NCBI GenBank assembly: GCA_026770705.1
Contig: JANJGN010000038.1
Coordinates: forward strand, 13,640,001-13,704,000
Length of the DNA: 64,000 bases
Reading direction: 5' to 3'
DNA from: Isurus oxyrinchus
Lineage: Eukaryota
In this document: positions 10,971 through 23,300 of the stretch, piece by piece
Layout of the letters: each line of letters starts with the position of its first letter
Numbering within the stretch: position 1 is the stretch's first letter
Position numbers and translations under genes: made by a program
The notes under the pieces: generated by a model
Databases searched by the model: none
The model's input: the letters and a program-made list of their open reading frames with translations, nothing else
What the model was told of the DNA's origin: nothing

Positions 10971-13900
10971 CTTCAAAAAGTGATGTCAGCACAAAGGTGA
11001 GCGTTGATTGGTGAGTAATGGTAAGTGTTTTTCTTCAGTTATTTTTTTCTCCAGGTTAAAATTGATTAAGCTAACGAAAGGTGAGTGTGCTAGTTTTCAT
11101 TTAAAATACATAAGTAATTTAACTTTTTTGCTGCATTTAACTTAAAGTAAGGGTTTTTTTCAGCAGAGGAATGGGAGGGCAGCTCAGTCCCGTGATATGT
11201 ATCGCCTGCAAAATGTGGGAATTCCTCGATGCTCCTTGCGCTCCAATCGACCGCGTGTGCAGGAAGTGCCACTAGCTGCAGCGACCTGAGCTCCGAGTTT
11301 TGGAGCTTCTGCGACAGCTGGAGATACTGATGTACATCCGTGAGGCTGTGAGTTTTGTAGATCGCATGTTTTTAGACGTGGTCACACCACAAATTATGGA
11401 AGTGCAGACACAGAGGGAAGAAAGGTGTCAGGCAGGTAGTCAGGAAATCCCCAGGGTGCATTTCGCTCGAGAGCTGTTTCTCTGTATTGGAAAATGGTAA
11501 GAGTGACGCTTCCTCTGTGGAGTGCAGCCACGCTCATAGCACTGTGAGTGGCTGAGCTGCACGGGGGTGGGGGGCGGGGGGGGGGGGGGGGTCGGTGGAG
11601 GGAAAAAAAGAGGGGAAGAGCAATAGTGGTAGGAGACTCGATAATAAGGGGAACAGATTGCCGTTTCTGCGGCCGGAGACGTCTCTCCAGAAAGGTATAT
11701 TGCCTTCCTGGTGTCAAAGTCAATGATGTCACTGAATGGCTGCAGGGAATTCAAAACGGGGAAGGCAAACAGGCAGAGATCGTGGTGCATATTAGCACCA
11801 ATGACATAGGTAGAAAGAAGTATGAGGTTCTGCAAGCAGAATTTACGGAGCTAGGAAACAGTTTAAAAAACAGGACCTCAAAGGTAGTAATCTCTGGATT
11901 ACTTCTGGTGTTACACGCTGGTGAGTATAGAAATAGGAGGCGAGCCCAGATGAATGCGTGGCTGGAGAAATGGTGCAGGAGGGAAGGCTTTAGATTGCTG
12001 GGACGTTGGGACCGTTTCTGGAGGCGGTGGGATCTCTACAAGGCAAACGTGTTGCACCTGAACCGGAATGGGATCAACTTCCTTGCGGGCATGTTTGCTA
12101 GTGCAGTTTTGGAGGGTTTAAATTAACTTGACAGGGGGAGGGGATCCTGAGAGGTGGTTCAGCAGGGGGAGATGCACACCCAAAATTAGAAGAGAGAGCA
12201 AGTGAGTCTGAAAGACATAGAATTTATAGGCCAGTTAAGGCATAAGGGAGTTTGGCAAAGTTGGATGGTTTTTATTTTAATGCAAGGAACCAGACCAATA
12301 AGGCAGATGAGTAGAGGGCAAAAATTAACACATGGAAGTGTGATGTCATTGCTGTCACAGAGGCATGGTTGAGAGAGGGGCAGGATTGGCAGTTCAATAT
12401 TCCAGAATATAGGGTCTTCAGGCGAGACAGGGAAGGGAGAAAAAGTGGATGGGGCATCGCAAAATTGATCAAGGACTCAATTACAGCAATAAGGAAGGAT
12501 GGCATCTTAGAAGGCTCCTCAAATGAAGCCATAAGGGTAGAACTGAAAAACAAAAAAGGAGCAATCACACTGCTGGGGGTGTACTTTAGGCAGCCAATCG
12601 GCTAGAGAGAAATAGAAGAGCAGATATGTTGGCAAATTTCAGAGAAGTGTAAAAATAATAGGGTGGTAATAGTGGGGTATTTCAACTTCACCGCCGTTAA
12701 CTGGGTTACTGACAGTGTGATAAGGTGAGAGGGAGCGGAATTCTTAAAACACATCCAGAAGAGCTTGTTAAGCCAGTACATAGAAAGCTCAACAAGAGAG
12801 GGGGCCGCCCTGGTCTTAGTTTTAGGGAATGAATCTGGTCAACTTGAGAAGGTGTCAGTGGGGAAGCGTTTTGCAGATAGTGATCATAACTCCGTTAGAT
12901 TCAAGGTTGTTATGGAAAAGGACAAGGATAGGCCAGGAAGCAAAATTCTAATTTGGGGGAAGGCCGACTTTAATAAGATCAGTATGATTTGGCCAGAGTG
13001 GACTGGGGGCAGCTACTTTTAGGTAACTCTGCGTCAGAGCAGTGGGGCTCATTCAAGAAGGAAATAGGGAGAGAACAGGGCCAACGTATTCCAGTAAAGA
13101 CAACGATTGGGACCAACAAATCCTGGATGTTAAGGGATATACGGGATTAGGTAAAGCGGAAAATGGTATCTTATTGCAGAGACCGTGTGCTCAAAATAAA
13201 AGAAGCCCTAGAAGAGTCTAGAATGTGTAGGGGGAACGTCAAAAGGAAATTAGGAGAGCAAAAAGAGGCATAAGTAAACATTGGCCTGTAAATTAAAGGC
13301 AAATCCAAGTTATTTTACAAGTGCATTAAGAGTAAGAGGATAACTAGGGAATGATTAGGGCCCATTACGGACCATAGTAGTAATTTGTGTCTAGAGCTGG
13401 AAGACGTAGGTAGGGTTCTAACTCAATAATTTGTGTTGGTGTTCACAAGTAAGAGGGACGACGTTGTAATGGAAATCAGGCAGAGGGACTGTGATATAAT
13501 TAAATAAAGTAACATAGGAAGGGAGGAGGTTCTAAGTGGTCTGGCAGGCTTAAAAGTGGATAAATCTCCAAGTCCGGATGACATGTATCCCAGGCTATTG
13601 AGTGAGACAAGGGAGGAGGTAGCAGGGGCGCTGACAATAATTTCCAATACCTGTTTGGCCACAGCAGAGGTTCCACAGGACTAGAGGACAGCCAATATTG
13701 TACCTTTATTCAAGAAGGGAGGAAAGGATAAACTAGGGAACTACAGGCCAGTAAGCCAATCCTCAGTGATGAGGAAACTATTGGAAGCAATTCTGAGGGG
13801 CAGAGTCAATCTACACCTGAAGAGGCAGGGAGCAATCTTGGACAGTCAGCATGGTTTTCTTTATTGGAGGTCATGTCTGACCAATTTGATTGAATTTTTC

Positions 13901-15105
13901 GAAGAAGTGACCAGGTGTGTTGATGATGGCAATGCATTTGACGTAGTCTACTTGGACTTCAGAAAGGCCTTTGATAAGGTTACTCATGGGAGACTGATAA
14001 TGAAGGTAAGAACCCATGGGACCGAAGGCAAATTGACAAATTTGATGCGGAATTTGCAGAGTGTCAGGAAGCAGAAGGTGGTGGTCGAGGGGTGTTTTTG
14101 TGACTGGATGCCTGTGCCCGATGGGGTTCCACAGGGATTGGTGTTGGGTCCCTTGCTGTTTGTCGTATATATAAACAACTTAGACTTGAATGTAGGAGGG
14201 TTGATCAGTAAGTTTGCAGATAACACGAAAATTGGTAGGGTGGTAAATAATGAGGGGGATAGCCTTAGATTAGAGGAGGGCTGGTCAGAACGGCTGATCA
14301 GTGGCAAATGGAATTTAATCCGGATAAGTGTGAGGTGATGCACTTGGGCAGGACAAAAAGGGTACGGAAATACACGAAGAGTGGTTGGACTGTGGGAAGT
14401 ACCGAAGATCAGAGGGACCTTGGAGTATATGTCCACCAGTCCCTTGATGTAGCGGCACAGGTAGGTAAGATGTTTAAAAGGCATATGGGATACTTGCCTT
14501 TATTATCTGAGGCATAGAATGTAACAGCAGGGGGATTATGCTGGAACTGTATGAAACGTTGGTTACGCCACAGCTAGAGTATTGCATGCAGTTCTGAAAT
14601 CAGCATTATAGGAAGGATGTGATTGCACTTGAGAGAATGCAGAGGAGCTTTACCAGGATGTTGCCTGGGTTGGGGAGTTTAAATTATGAGGAGAGGTTGG
14701 ATACACTGGGATTATTTTCCCGGGAGCAGAGGAGATTGACGTGTATAAGATTATGGGGGACATGGGCAGGGTAGAGAGGAAGCAACTTTTTCCTTTGGTG
14801 GAGGGAGCAATAGCAAGGGGGTGTGGATTGAAGGTAAGGGGCAGAAGGATTAGAGGGGATGTGAGGGAGGATTTTTCCACCCAGGGGGTGGCAGGAATCT
14901 GGTACTCACTGACTGAAAGGGTGGTAGAGGCAAAAACCCTCCCAACATTTAAGAAGTATTTGGATGACATTTGCAATGTCATCGCATACAAGGCTAAGGG
15001 CCTAGTGATGGAAAGTGGGATTAGCAAAGCTAGGTACTTGTTTGACCAGCGCAGACTCAATGGGCCGAAAGGCCCTCTCAGTAGACCTCTGTTACTCTAT
15101 GACCC
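10970..15105 (+). mobile_element. Near full-length CR1 LINE (ORF1 Zn-finger/leucine zipper + SGNH esterase; ORF2 APE-RT), disabled
   Basis: ATG 11171 gives MGGQLSPVICIACKMW..CRKC..LRVLELLRQL. Esterase motifs VVGDSII, HISTND, LHLNRNG lie in 11548-12126. ORF2 pieces include SDHNSVRF, YLDFRKAFDKV, GVPQGLVLGP and KFADNTK. There are many stops and frameshifts, and a CR1 tail near 15060-15105. Confidence 0.95.
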
Positions 15106-15756
15106 CATAACTAAAGTGGCACAGAGATGCTGGAGGGTTCAGAAGCTGCAAGGTCTTTGTAGAGGAAAGAGAAGTTAGAGACTGAGTGTTTGCTTACAGG
15201 GACTGAGGCGGCAGGTTTTTTTTTAACAGAGAGAGCGGTGATGGCTACAGATTGGAACAGCAGAAGTACAGTAACTAAGCAGATGGGATTATTAACTATA
15301 TCAGCAACTGAGGAACATCGTGAGGAATTTCAGTGTTCTTCAGATCAGTGGGATTAGGGTGAACCGAACAGGTGAGTGGTCCCATGGACAAGGTGAGAGG
15401 ATGTGAGGTGGAAAGTCTAGGAAGCTGTGAATTCACGACAAAGTCAGGGAGGAAGTTAGGGGACTTTTGCCTGATGCATTAAGGAAAGGGGCAGTGGGAG
15501 CGGCAGCTAAACAGCCTCAACCTGTGTAGCAAAGTTCTTCAAGAGTCCCTCAAACTTACTTTTAGAGTGAAGGTGGAGGGAGATGCTCAACGGATATTTA
15601 TAGCATTGGAACAAGTCGGGACTGATTTTGGATTTCAGAATGACTGTGGAAGAGTGAACAGTTTTGCCTGAGGTGAATGCGAACCGAAAGTGCTTTCTGT
15701 CATCCAGCCAGATCCGGCAATGACTGTTTAAACCAATCATTTTCCATTGACACTTT

Positions 15757-15889
15757 GGACGGAATTTTGAAACCCGGCCCCCCAGCTATCCCACCACCCG
15801 CGGCGGGGCCGCCGAGCCGTTGATATCTCCATTCACATCGGATGGAACAGGGAATCCTGCTGACGTGAAGGGCTGGAAAATTCCGCTCC
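15757..15889. mobile_element. GC-rich MITE-like element
   Basis: Imperfect terminal inverted repeats GGACGGAATTTT ... AAAATTCCGCTCC around a GC-rich core. Confidence 0.55.
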
Positions 15890-18160
15890 AAGTGAGGGTT
15901 ATTGGACTATACAGAGACTGAGGTAATGGCCGTACCAGGGAGACTGCCAAAGATGAGAAAGAAATGTAACGCAAAGGATAACAAAGATGGAGTTGAGAAG
16001 GTGACTGAACGGTTTGGGAGCTGTCGGAATGCCGCAGTGATGGGGAGGGTTAACTTCCAGAAGGTTTGGAATTTGGAACTGGGAGCGGCCGCTCCCCAGT
16101 TATCCTGACGGTGAAACAGACAATCTACCAGACAGGGAGAGAGGTTACCTCAACTCATCCTATCAACCGGCAAAGCTCAACAAGCTATCAGTAAATTGAT
16201 TGAGGAACTTTAAGTAGTGCCATAAAGTCGCATCTACTCACCAACACCCTGATCACCAATACTCAGCTTGGGCTCTACCTGAAACATCCCGATGGAAAAA
16301 CACAGCATTGTCCACATGCAGAAATCATTTCAATGGGAGTCACATGACACTCAAGAGCTGATTCCCCTGCTCCCCACCCTGCACCCAACCACCAAACCCA
16401 TCAGCACCTGGAAGTCTCAAGTCTGAAATATGATGCAAAGCTCAGTAATCACCTGGATGGGTATCACAACATCACACAATAAGCAGAATCACATTCCAGT
16501 ACAGAAGGGATGGTTTAACAGTGACCGTCCATGATTGGACACAATATTCACCACCACTCCTCTGTGGATGCAGGAAGCATGACTACAAAAACAGCTTCCC
16601 CAAACCCCGGGGTTACTTTGACAATACCTCCCCACACTGTGACCTTTACGGCAATAAGGTGAAGAGCTGCAATGCCGTTAACTCCAGTAACCACAACCAT
16701 CCACCACAAATGGTGAGATCCACCATTCCTAACGTACAATCCCGACTTGGACAGATAAGCCCTCCCTTCATCAATGTTCAGTCAGCGTTCTGGAATTCCC
16801 TCATAATAGGTGGGAGCACCTTAAGCCGAAGGACTACAGCAGCTCAGCAAGAAGACCCAGCACCAGCTTCTCAGCTCACCTCTGGATAAACAATAAATAG
16901 AAAGTTGCACCAATCACCATTTCCCAAGGACACATTTAGAAATCCAATTCATTGGGAGAGGAATTATGGTCTATAATTATGAATAAACTAAGGCAGGGAG
17001 GGAATTGATGTTTATGGGCAGAAACAGGAACGAAGTAAAAGGCTGGGGTGAAAATGTAAGTAGGGAGGGAGAGCTTATTTATCCAGGGAACGAATAGAGT
17101 CAGGTGTCAGGGAGGTGAATAGAGTTTGTGAAAAGAGTATGGAGGTTGTGGCCAAAGCCAAAAATGGTGAATTCATTTACATTTCTGAAAGTATCATGAA
17201 TAGTCTGTATTATTTGTTGACACCTGGACTTTTGCAACCAATGCAATGCAAACTGCAGACCAGCTGTTTCAAGGAGAACCTTGTACCTATAATGCAAAAT
17301 CCGATTTAACAAACAGATTCATACTTTCAATGGAGTGATGATCTGAACAGTAAATATAAGACGGCACAGTGGGGCAACAGTAACTTTGTGAAAACTTCTG
17401 GAGCAGCCTTTCTCCTGCTGCTGGGAACTGAACAGATGAACAACTGATAGAGCGATTAGGAAACTGGACTTATCTAAAGATTGCATTATTCACATCTCTA
17501 ATCAGCTGGAATTGTTTCTATCAAGAGGAGCTGTTGGATAGTTAAGGTGAATCATAGAAATCTCTGGAACCGTCACTGAACAAAGGAGAAATGCAATTAA
17601 TTCGTCCAAATACAACAGAATATTTTTTTCTCGCCTGACAATTTGGATTTGGTGACTCTAAGACAAAGCGGGAAATGGCGGAAGGGAAAAGTGTTGCCTG
17701 GAGCTGAATCATTATTGGAGGTGTCACTAATTTCAGAGTTATTCGTGATCTATATTCTGTTCTGGTTTCTACACAACAACGTCATTTACAATCTCCATCA
17801 GAACGTAACACCGATACCCACAAAACATATTACTGATCAGATATTAGGCTTCAGTTCAGAAAGCATATTGCAGCTGTTCAATAACTATAATCTATCAATT
17901 ATATTTATTGCGTAAAATAGTCAACCAGCCAAATTATTTTTCAAAGAAATCAGTTGAATCAATTCATAAACTGTAGAAACGTTCAACCGTGAATGGGGAA
18001 TCAGCAACTGATGAAATGATAAATTACAGAAACACAGAGCATTACAAGTCACAGAAGACAAGATAGACACAGAATACAATTAATCACCGCGCCGAAAGCA
18101 CTTGGAAAGCAAGCACAGTGAAAAACACGTTGTAAATAAATTTCGAAAATAATGACTCAC

Positions 18161-18257
18161 CAGGAACACCAACAGCAGCGAGGAGCGGATAGTAAATCCT
18201 TTGTAAATCATAAATTACCCACAGAATCCGAAGTTCAGTAGGAATATACCAGAACAT
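18161..18257 (-). CDS. GPR139-like GPCR, exon 1 (MFWYIPTELRILWVIYDLQRIYYPLLAAVGVP)
   Basis: 97 nt = 32 codons + G, followed by donor GTGAGT. It splices in frame to 4755 giving ...IYYPLLAAVGVP-V-NLLTIVTLSRG, which aligns with the GPR139 TM1 pattern (YYxLLxxxGxPxNxLT). There is an in-frame TAG two codons upstream of the ATG. Intron ~13.4 kb. Confidence 0.88.
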
Positions 18258-18989
18258 GATCTAATTTTCTGCGAGATCCAATGAACACTGTTTGCACTGG
18301 AGGCAAAAATCTACCAAACATTAATCAACACAGTGAAAGTAATGTCTAGATATAGGCGGAGAAGAGTCTCCAGTGATTCAATTAAACAATGCACTGAGCT
18401 ACATTAGTCACAGCCGCTGAACAAACAAGATGACTTAATTATCCCATTCCCTGACCTTGTATGGGAACAACACCATGAAATCAACGTGGCATTCCTGACA
18501 AGTTAATTCATCCAAAAGCAAGCACGTTACTTCAACTGCTTTTGCAAAATAAACAGACCTACGGAATCATGCAGGCTTACAGCACTGATCAGAAATTGAC
18601 AATTTCAATTCTCTGATTATTTCTGAGGTAAAATTAAACCTGCAAATTGAGGATTTAAATTCATTTCTAAGGGAATGAAGTTAGCAGGCGTGTGAAAGTA
18701 TGGGCAGGAACAGTAATAGTCAGATAGCACGAAAGGGCGTTGATTATCTAACGATAAAAAACGGAAACTAGAGGATTGGTAATTTTAAACTGTTGTCAGC
18801 TCTAACAGCTACTGTATAACTGAGACCATGGTCTGACAGTGGTTATTTAACTTTAACCCTGACACTGTAAGTGATACCCCAGGGTAACAAACAGCGTGTG
18901 ATTGATAACCATGGAATCTTGGTGTCCATGGAACTGAGACTCTGTCTATCACGGTGATCTTTTAAAGTGATAAATAAGTTCAGCACTGA

Positions 18990-19250
18990 GCTGACAACAG
19001 ATGCCATCGTCAAATGGTGACCATATGATTGACATCTGGTGTTCTACTGGTCTTGCACCCGACACTTCAATCCAACGGTGACCCTGTATCTGATAACCCG
19101 AGCTACCATTGACCTTGCACCTTACAGTCCGGTCCAGCAGCCACTTTGTAACTGATGTTTGAGTCCAAAAATGACTTTCTACCTGATATCCCAGTATAAC
19201 ATTGACCATGTACCTGACACTTCGGTCTAGCAGTAACCTTGTGTTACGCA
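18990..19250 (+). repeat. Degenerate ~96 bp tandem repeat upstream of GPCR exon 1
   Basis: CTGATAACCCGAGCTACCATTGACCTTGCACCTTACAGTCCGGTCCAGCAG recurs as CTGATATCCCAGTATAACATTGACCATGTACCTGACACTTCGGTCTAGCAG. Confidence 0.6.
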
Positions 19251-19485
19251 TGCCTAATGCTACAGTTCATGTGTTTTAGAATATAACCTTTATTTTTCAT
19301 AATGAAATATTTGACTGTAGACAGTGGGGAGGTCGGGTTGAGAAGCTTGTAAAAGCTGCCCCAAAGTAAATGCATTTCAAACATTTACCATTTACTTTGG
19401 AGGTCATCAAACTTAAAAAAAATCTGGGGCCATAGTTCCCAGACTAAGCAACTAATTTTCTTGACTAGAGAATTTTAGGACGTAA

Positions 19486-19645
19486 NNNNNNNNNNNNNNN
19501 NNNNNNNNNNNNNNNNNNNNNNNNNNNNNNNNNNNNNNNNNNNNNNNNNNNNNNNNNNNNNNNNNNNNNNNNNNNNNNNNNNNNNNNNNNNNNNNNNNNN
19601 NNNNNNNNNNNNNNNNNNNNNNNNNNNNNNNNNNNNNNNNNNNNN
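19486..19645. other. Assembly gap (160 N)
   Basis: Run of N. Confidence 1.
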
Positions 19646-19649
19646 TGTT

Positions 19650-20345
19650 ACCTCTTGTGAGAGTCACCGTTGAAAATAAGAGGTCGCCCATTTAAAACAG
19701 AGATGAGTAGATTTGTTTTTCATCAGGGGTTCGTTGTTCTTTGTAACTCTCTTCTGGAAAAGGTGTTGGAAGCAGAATCTTTGAACATTTTTAAGGTAGA
19801 GGTGGACAGATTCTCCATTAGACCATAAGACATCAGGGCAAAAGTAGACCATCCAGCCTATCGGGCCTTCCCCGCCGTTCAATGAGATCACAGCTGATCT
19901 GATAATCCTCAATTCCACTTTCCTGCCTTTTCCCCGTAACTCTTTATCCCCTTACTGATTTAAAATCTGTCTATTTCAGTCTTAAATATACTTAACAACC
20001 CAGCGTCTACAGCCTTTTGCGAGAAAAAATTGTATAGGTTCACTACCCCTGAGGGAAGAAATTAATCCTCATCTCTGGCATAAATGAAAAACCCCTTACT
20101 CTGAGATTATGCCTTCTAGACCTAGACTCTCCCACAAGGGGAAACAACCTCTCAGCATCCACTCTGCCAAACCTTCTAAGAATCTTATATGTTTCAATTA
20201 CGAAAACTCTAATTTATCTAAACTCCAATGAGTACAGCCTCAACCTACTCAACCTCCCCACATAAGAAAATCCCTCCATGCTCGGGATCAACCTAGTGAA
20301 CCTTCTCTTGACTGCCTCCAATGCTAATAAAACTTTCCTTAGATA
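19650..20345. mobile_element. CR1 3' fragments (+ 19650-19820, - 19820-20345)
   Basis: CR1 ORF2 C-terminal remnants and tail (CATAAGACATCAGGGCA...GACCATCCAGCC) in opposite orientations. Confidence 0.75.
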
Positions 20346-20359
20346 ATGGTTTATAATTA

Positions 20360-23300
20360 CCTTCTGAATGATTCCTATTCAGATTTAGATTGAATCAGAT
20401 CTACATTTAGAATAATTCAGATTCACATTCTTAATGATTCAGATTCACAATCAGAATGATTCAGATTCCAAATGAGAACCATTGTGTTACAGATTGTGAA
20501 TGAATTATGCTAAAATTAAGAATGTATCAGATTCACATTCAGATTGATTCAGATTCACATTCAGAATGATTAAGGTCGATATTCAGTTTGATTACGTTTC
20601 GCATTGAGAATGATTCACATTCATATTCAGAATGCTTCAGATTCATATTCAGACAAATTCATATTCACATTCAGAATAATTTAGGCTCAGATAGTTGCTG
20701 ATTCACGTTCAGGTTGATTCGTATTTGGATTCGGATTGCTTCAGACTGGGATTCAGAGGTAATCACATTCACATTCAGAATGCTTCAGATTCACTTTCAT
20801 AATGATTCAAATTCATGTTTCAGACTGTAGTTCAGAATGATTGAGATTCAGAGTCAGAATGAGTAGATTGGCATTTTGGATGATTCAGATTCACATTCCT
20901 ATCGATTCAGTTTCGAATTCGGACTGAATCAGGTTCACTTTCAGGTTCAAACAGATTCGGATTGAGATGCATTCAGATCCGAGTTCAGAATGATTCAGAT
21001 TGATATTCAGAATGATTCACATTCACATTCGAAGTTATTCTAATTCATATTCAAAATTCTTGAGGTTATGTTTCAGTTTGCTTAATATTCACATTTGAAT
21101 TTTTTCAGATTGACTATGGGATTGTTTCATATTAGATTGTTTTATATTCGGATATACAATGAATCAGATTCCCATTCAAATAATTTGATTAGAGTTCATA
21201 ATGTTTCTGATTCACATTCAGGTTGATTCAGATTCACATTCCGATTCATTACGTTTCACATTCATAATGATTCAGATTATCATAGAGATTGATTCTGATT
21301 CAATATTAGCAACATTGAGTTAGAGATTGTGATTAAGTCATGTGAAATTTCAGGACATGTCAGATTCTTATGCAGAAAGATACTTATTCCCATTCAGAAT
21401 CATTCAGGTTTAAGTCGATTCAGATTCACATTCAGAATTCTCCAGATTCAAACTTAGCAGCATTCATTTATTGGTTGTGAATGAATCATGTGAACATTCA
21501 GAACGTGTCAGATTCACATTCTGGATGATTCTGGTTCACATTTGGAATGGTTGTGATTCAAATTCTGAATCGTTCAAGTTCACATTGAGATTGACCAATA
21601 TTAGGATTCAGTTTGAATCAGGTTCTAAATCACATTCAGAATGATTCAGATTCACATTCAGAATGGTTCAAATTCACATTCACAACAATTCAGGTTCACA
21701 GTCAGATTGATTCAGATTCTCATTCAAAATGATTCAGTTTCATATTCTGAATGAGTGATATTCGGCGTGGGAGTCATTCAGATTCTGATTCAGAATCATC
21801 CTAATTCACATTGAAAAATAGTTAGATTCAAATTCAGAATGATTCAGAATCGGATTCTGATTAATTGAGCTTCAGATTCGGAATTATTCCGATTCTCATT
21901 TTGAATAGTTTAATGGAAATTCAGAATGATTAGAATTGGATCATGATTTATTGAGATTAACATACAAAATAAGTCAGATTCACATTCAGATGGATTCATA
22001 TTTGGATTCAAATTGATTAAGATTTACATTCAGAATGTTGCAAATTAACTTTGTGATTGTTTTATGTTCATATTCAGGCACTTTCATGTTTGGATACGCA
22101 ATGATTCAGGTTCCCATTCAGAAAGATTTAGATTCATATTCAGAATAAGTCAGGTTCACATTCAGGTTATTTCAGTTTCACATTCAGAATGATTCAGATC
22201 CACTTTCAGATTGATTCACATTCACATTCAGCATGACAATGATTAACATGGAGATTGATTTGGGTTCTCGTGGAGATTGATTCAGGTTTGGGTCAGATTC
22301 ACATTCTGAATGACTAAAGTTCATATTCATAATAATTCAGATTCACGATCTGTATGATTAAGATTCACATTCATATTGATTCTGATTCACACTGGGAAGT
22401 ATTCATACTCACACACAGAACAATTCAGACTCAGAATGATTCCAATTCACATTCAGGAAAATTCAGATTCATAATCAGAATGATTCAGATTCAGAAACCG
22501 AAAGATTCAGATTGACAAAGAGAATGATTCAGATTTGGGTTCATCTTGATTCAGATTCACATTCAGCATGATTCAGATTCAAAATTAGTGCCATTGAGCT
22601 TCGGTTTGTGATTGAATCATGCGTAACGTCAGCATATATCCGATTTTCATTTAGATTCACGTTCCAAAATATTCAGATTGATATTCAGTTTGATTAAGTA
22701 TCACAGCGAGCCTGACTCACATTCATGGTCAGAATCGTACAGATTCACATTCGGACTGATTCAGATTCATTTTCAGACTAATTTAAATATAAACTGTTAA
22801 TGATTCACATTCAGATTGATTCATCGTTGGATGAAGATCGATTCAGAATCGGATTCAGATTCATTCAAAATCACATTCAGAATATTTCAGATTCACTTTC
22901 AGAATGCTCCTGATTCTGATTCACATTATGATTCAGACTCAGACTCAGACTGAGATTGACTCATATTACGATTTAGATTGAATCAGGTTCGAATTCACAT
23001 CCACAATGACTTAGATTCATATTCAGAATGGTTCAGAAAAACATTCTAAAGAAGCCAGCTTGATCCAGATTCTGATTCTGAATGACTCGGATTCACATTT
23101 TTTATGGTTCGGATTCACATTCGGAATGATTCAGAGTCGGATTATGATTAATTGAGATTAAGCTGCAGAATGATTCCGATTCACATTCAGACGAATTCAG
23201 ATTCAGGTTCAGTTTCATCCAGCTTCAACTTCGGAATGTTATAGATTCACATTGAGATTTTTTTTCATATTCAGATTCGGTTTGATTCATGTCCTGATGC

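Noticed and set aside
11548-12126. Host SGNH/GDSL esterase gene
   Set aside because: It is the ORF1 esterase domain of the CR1 element, directly followed by APE-RT ORF2.
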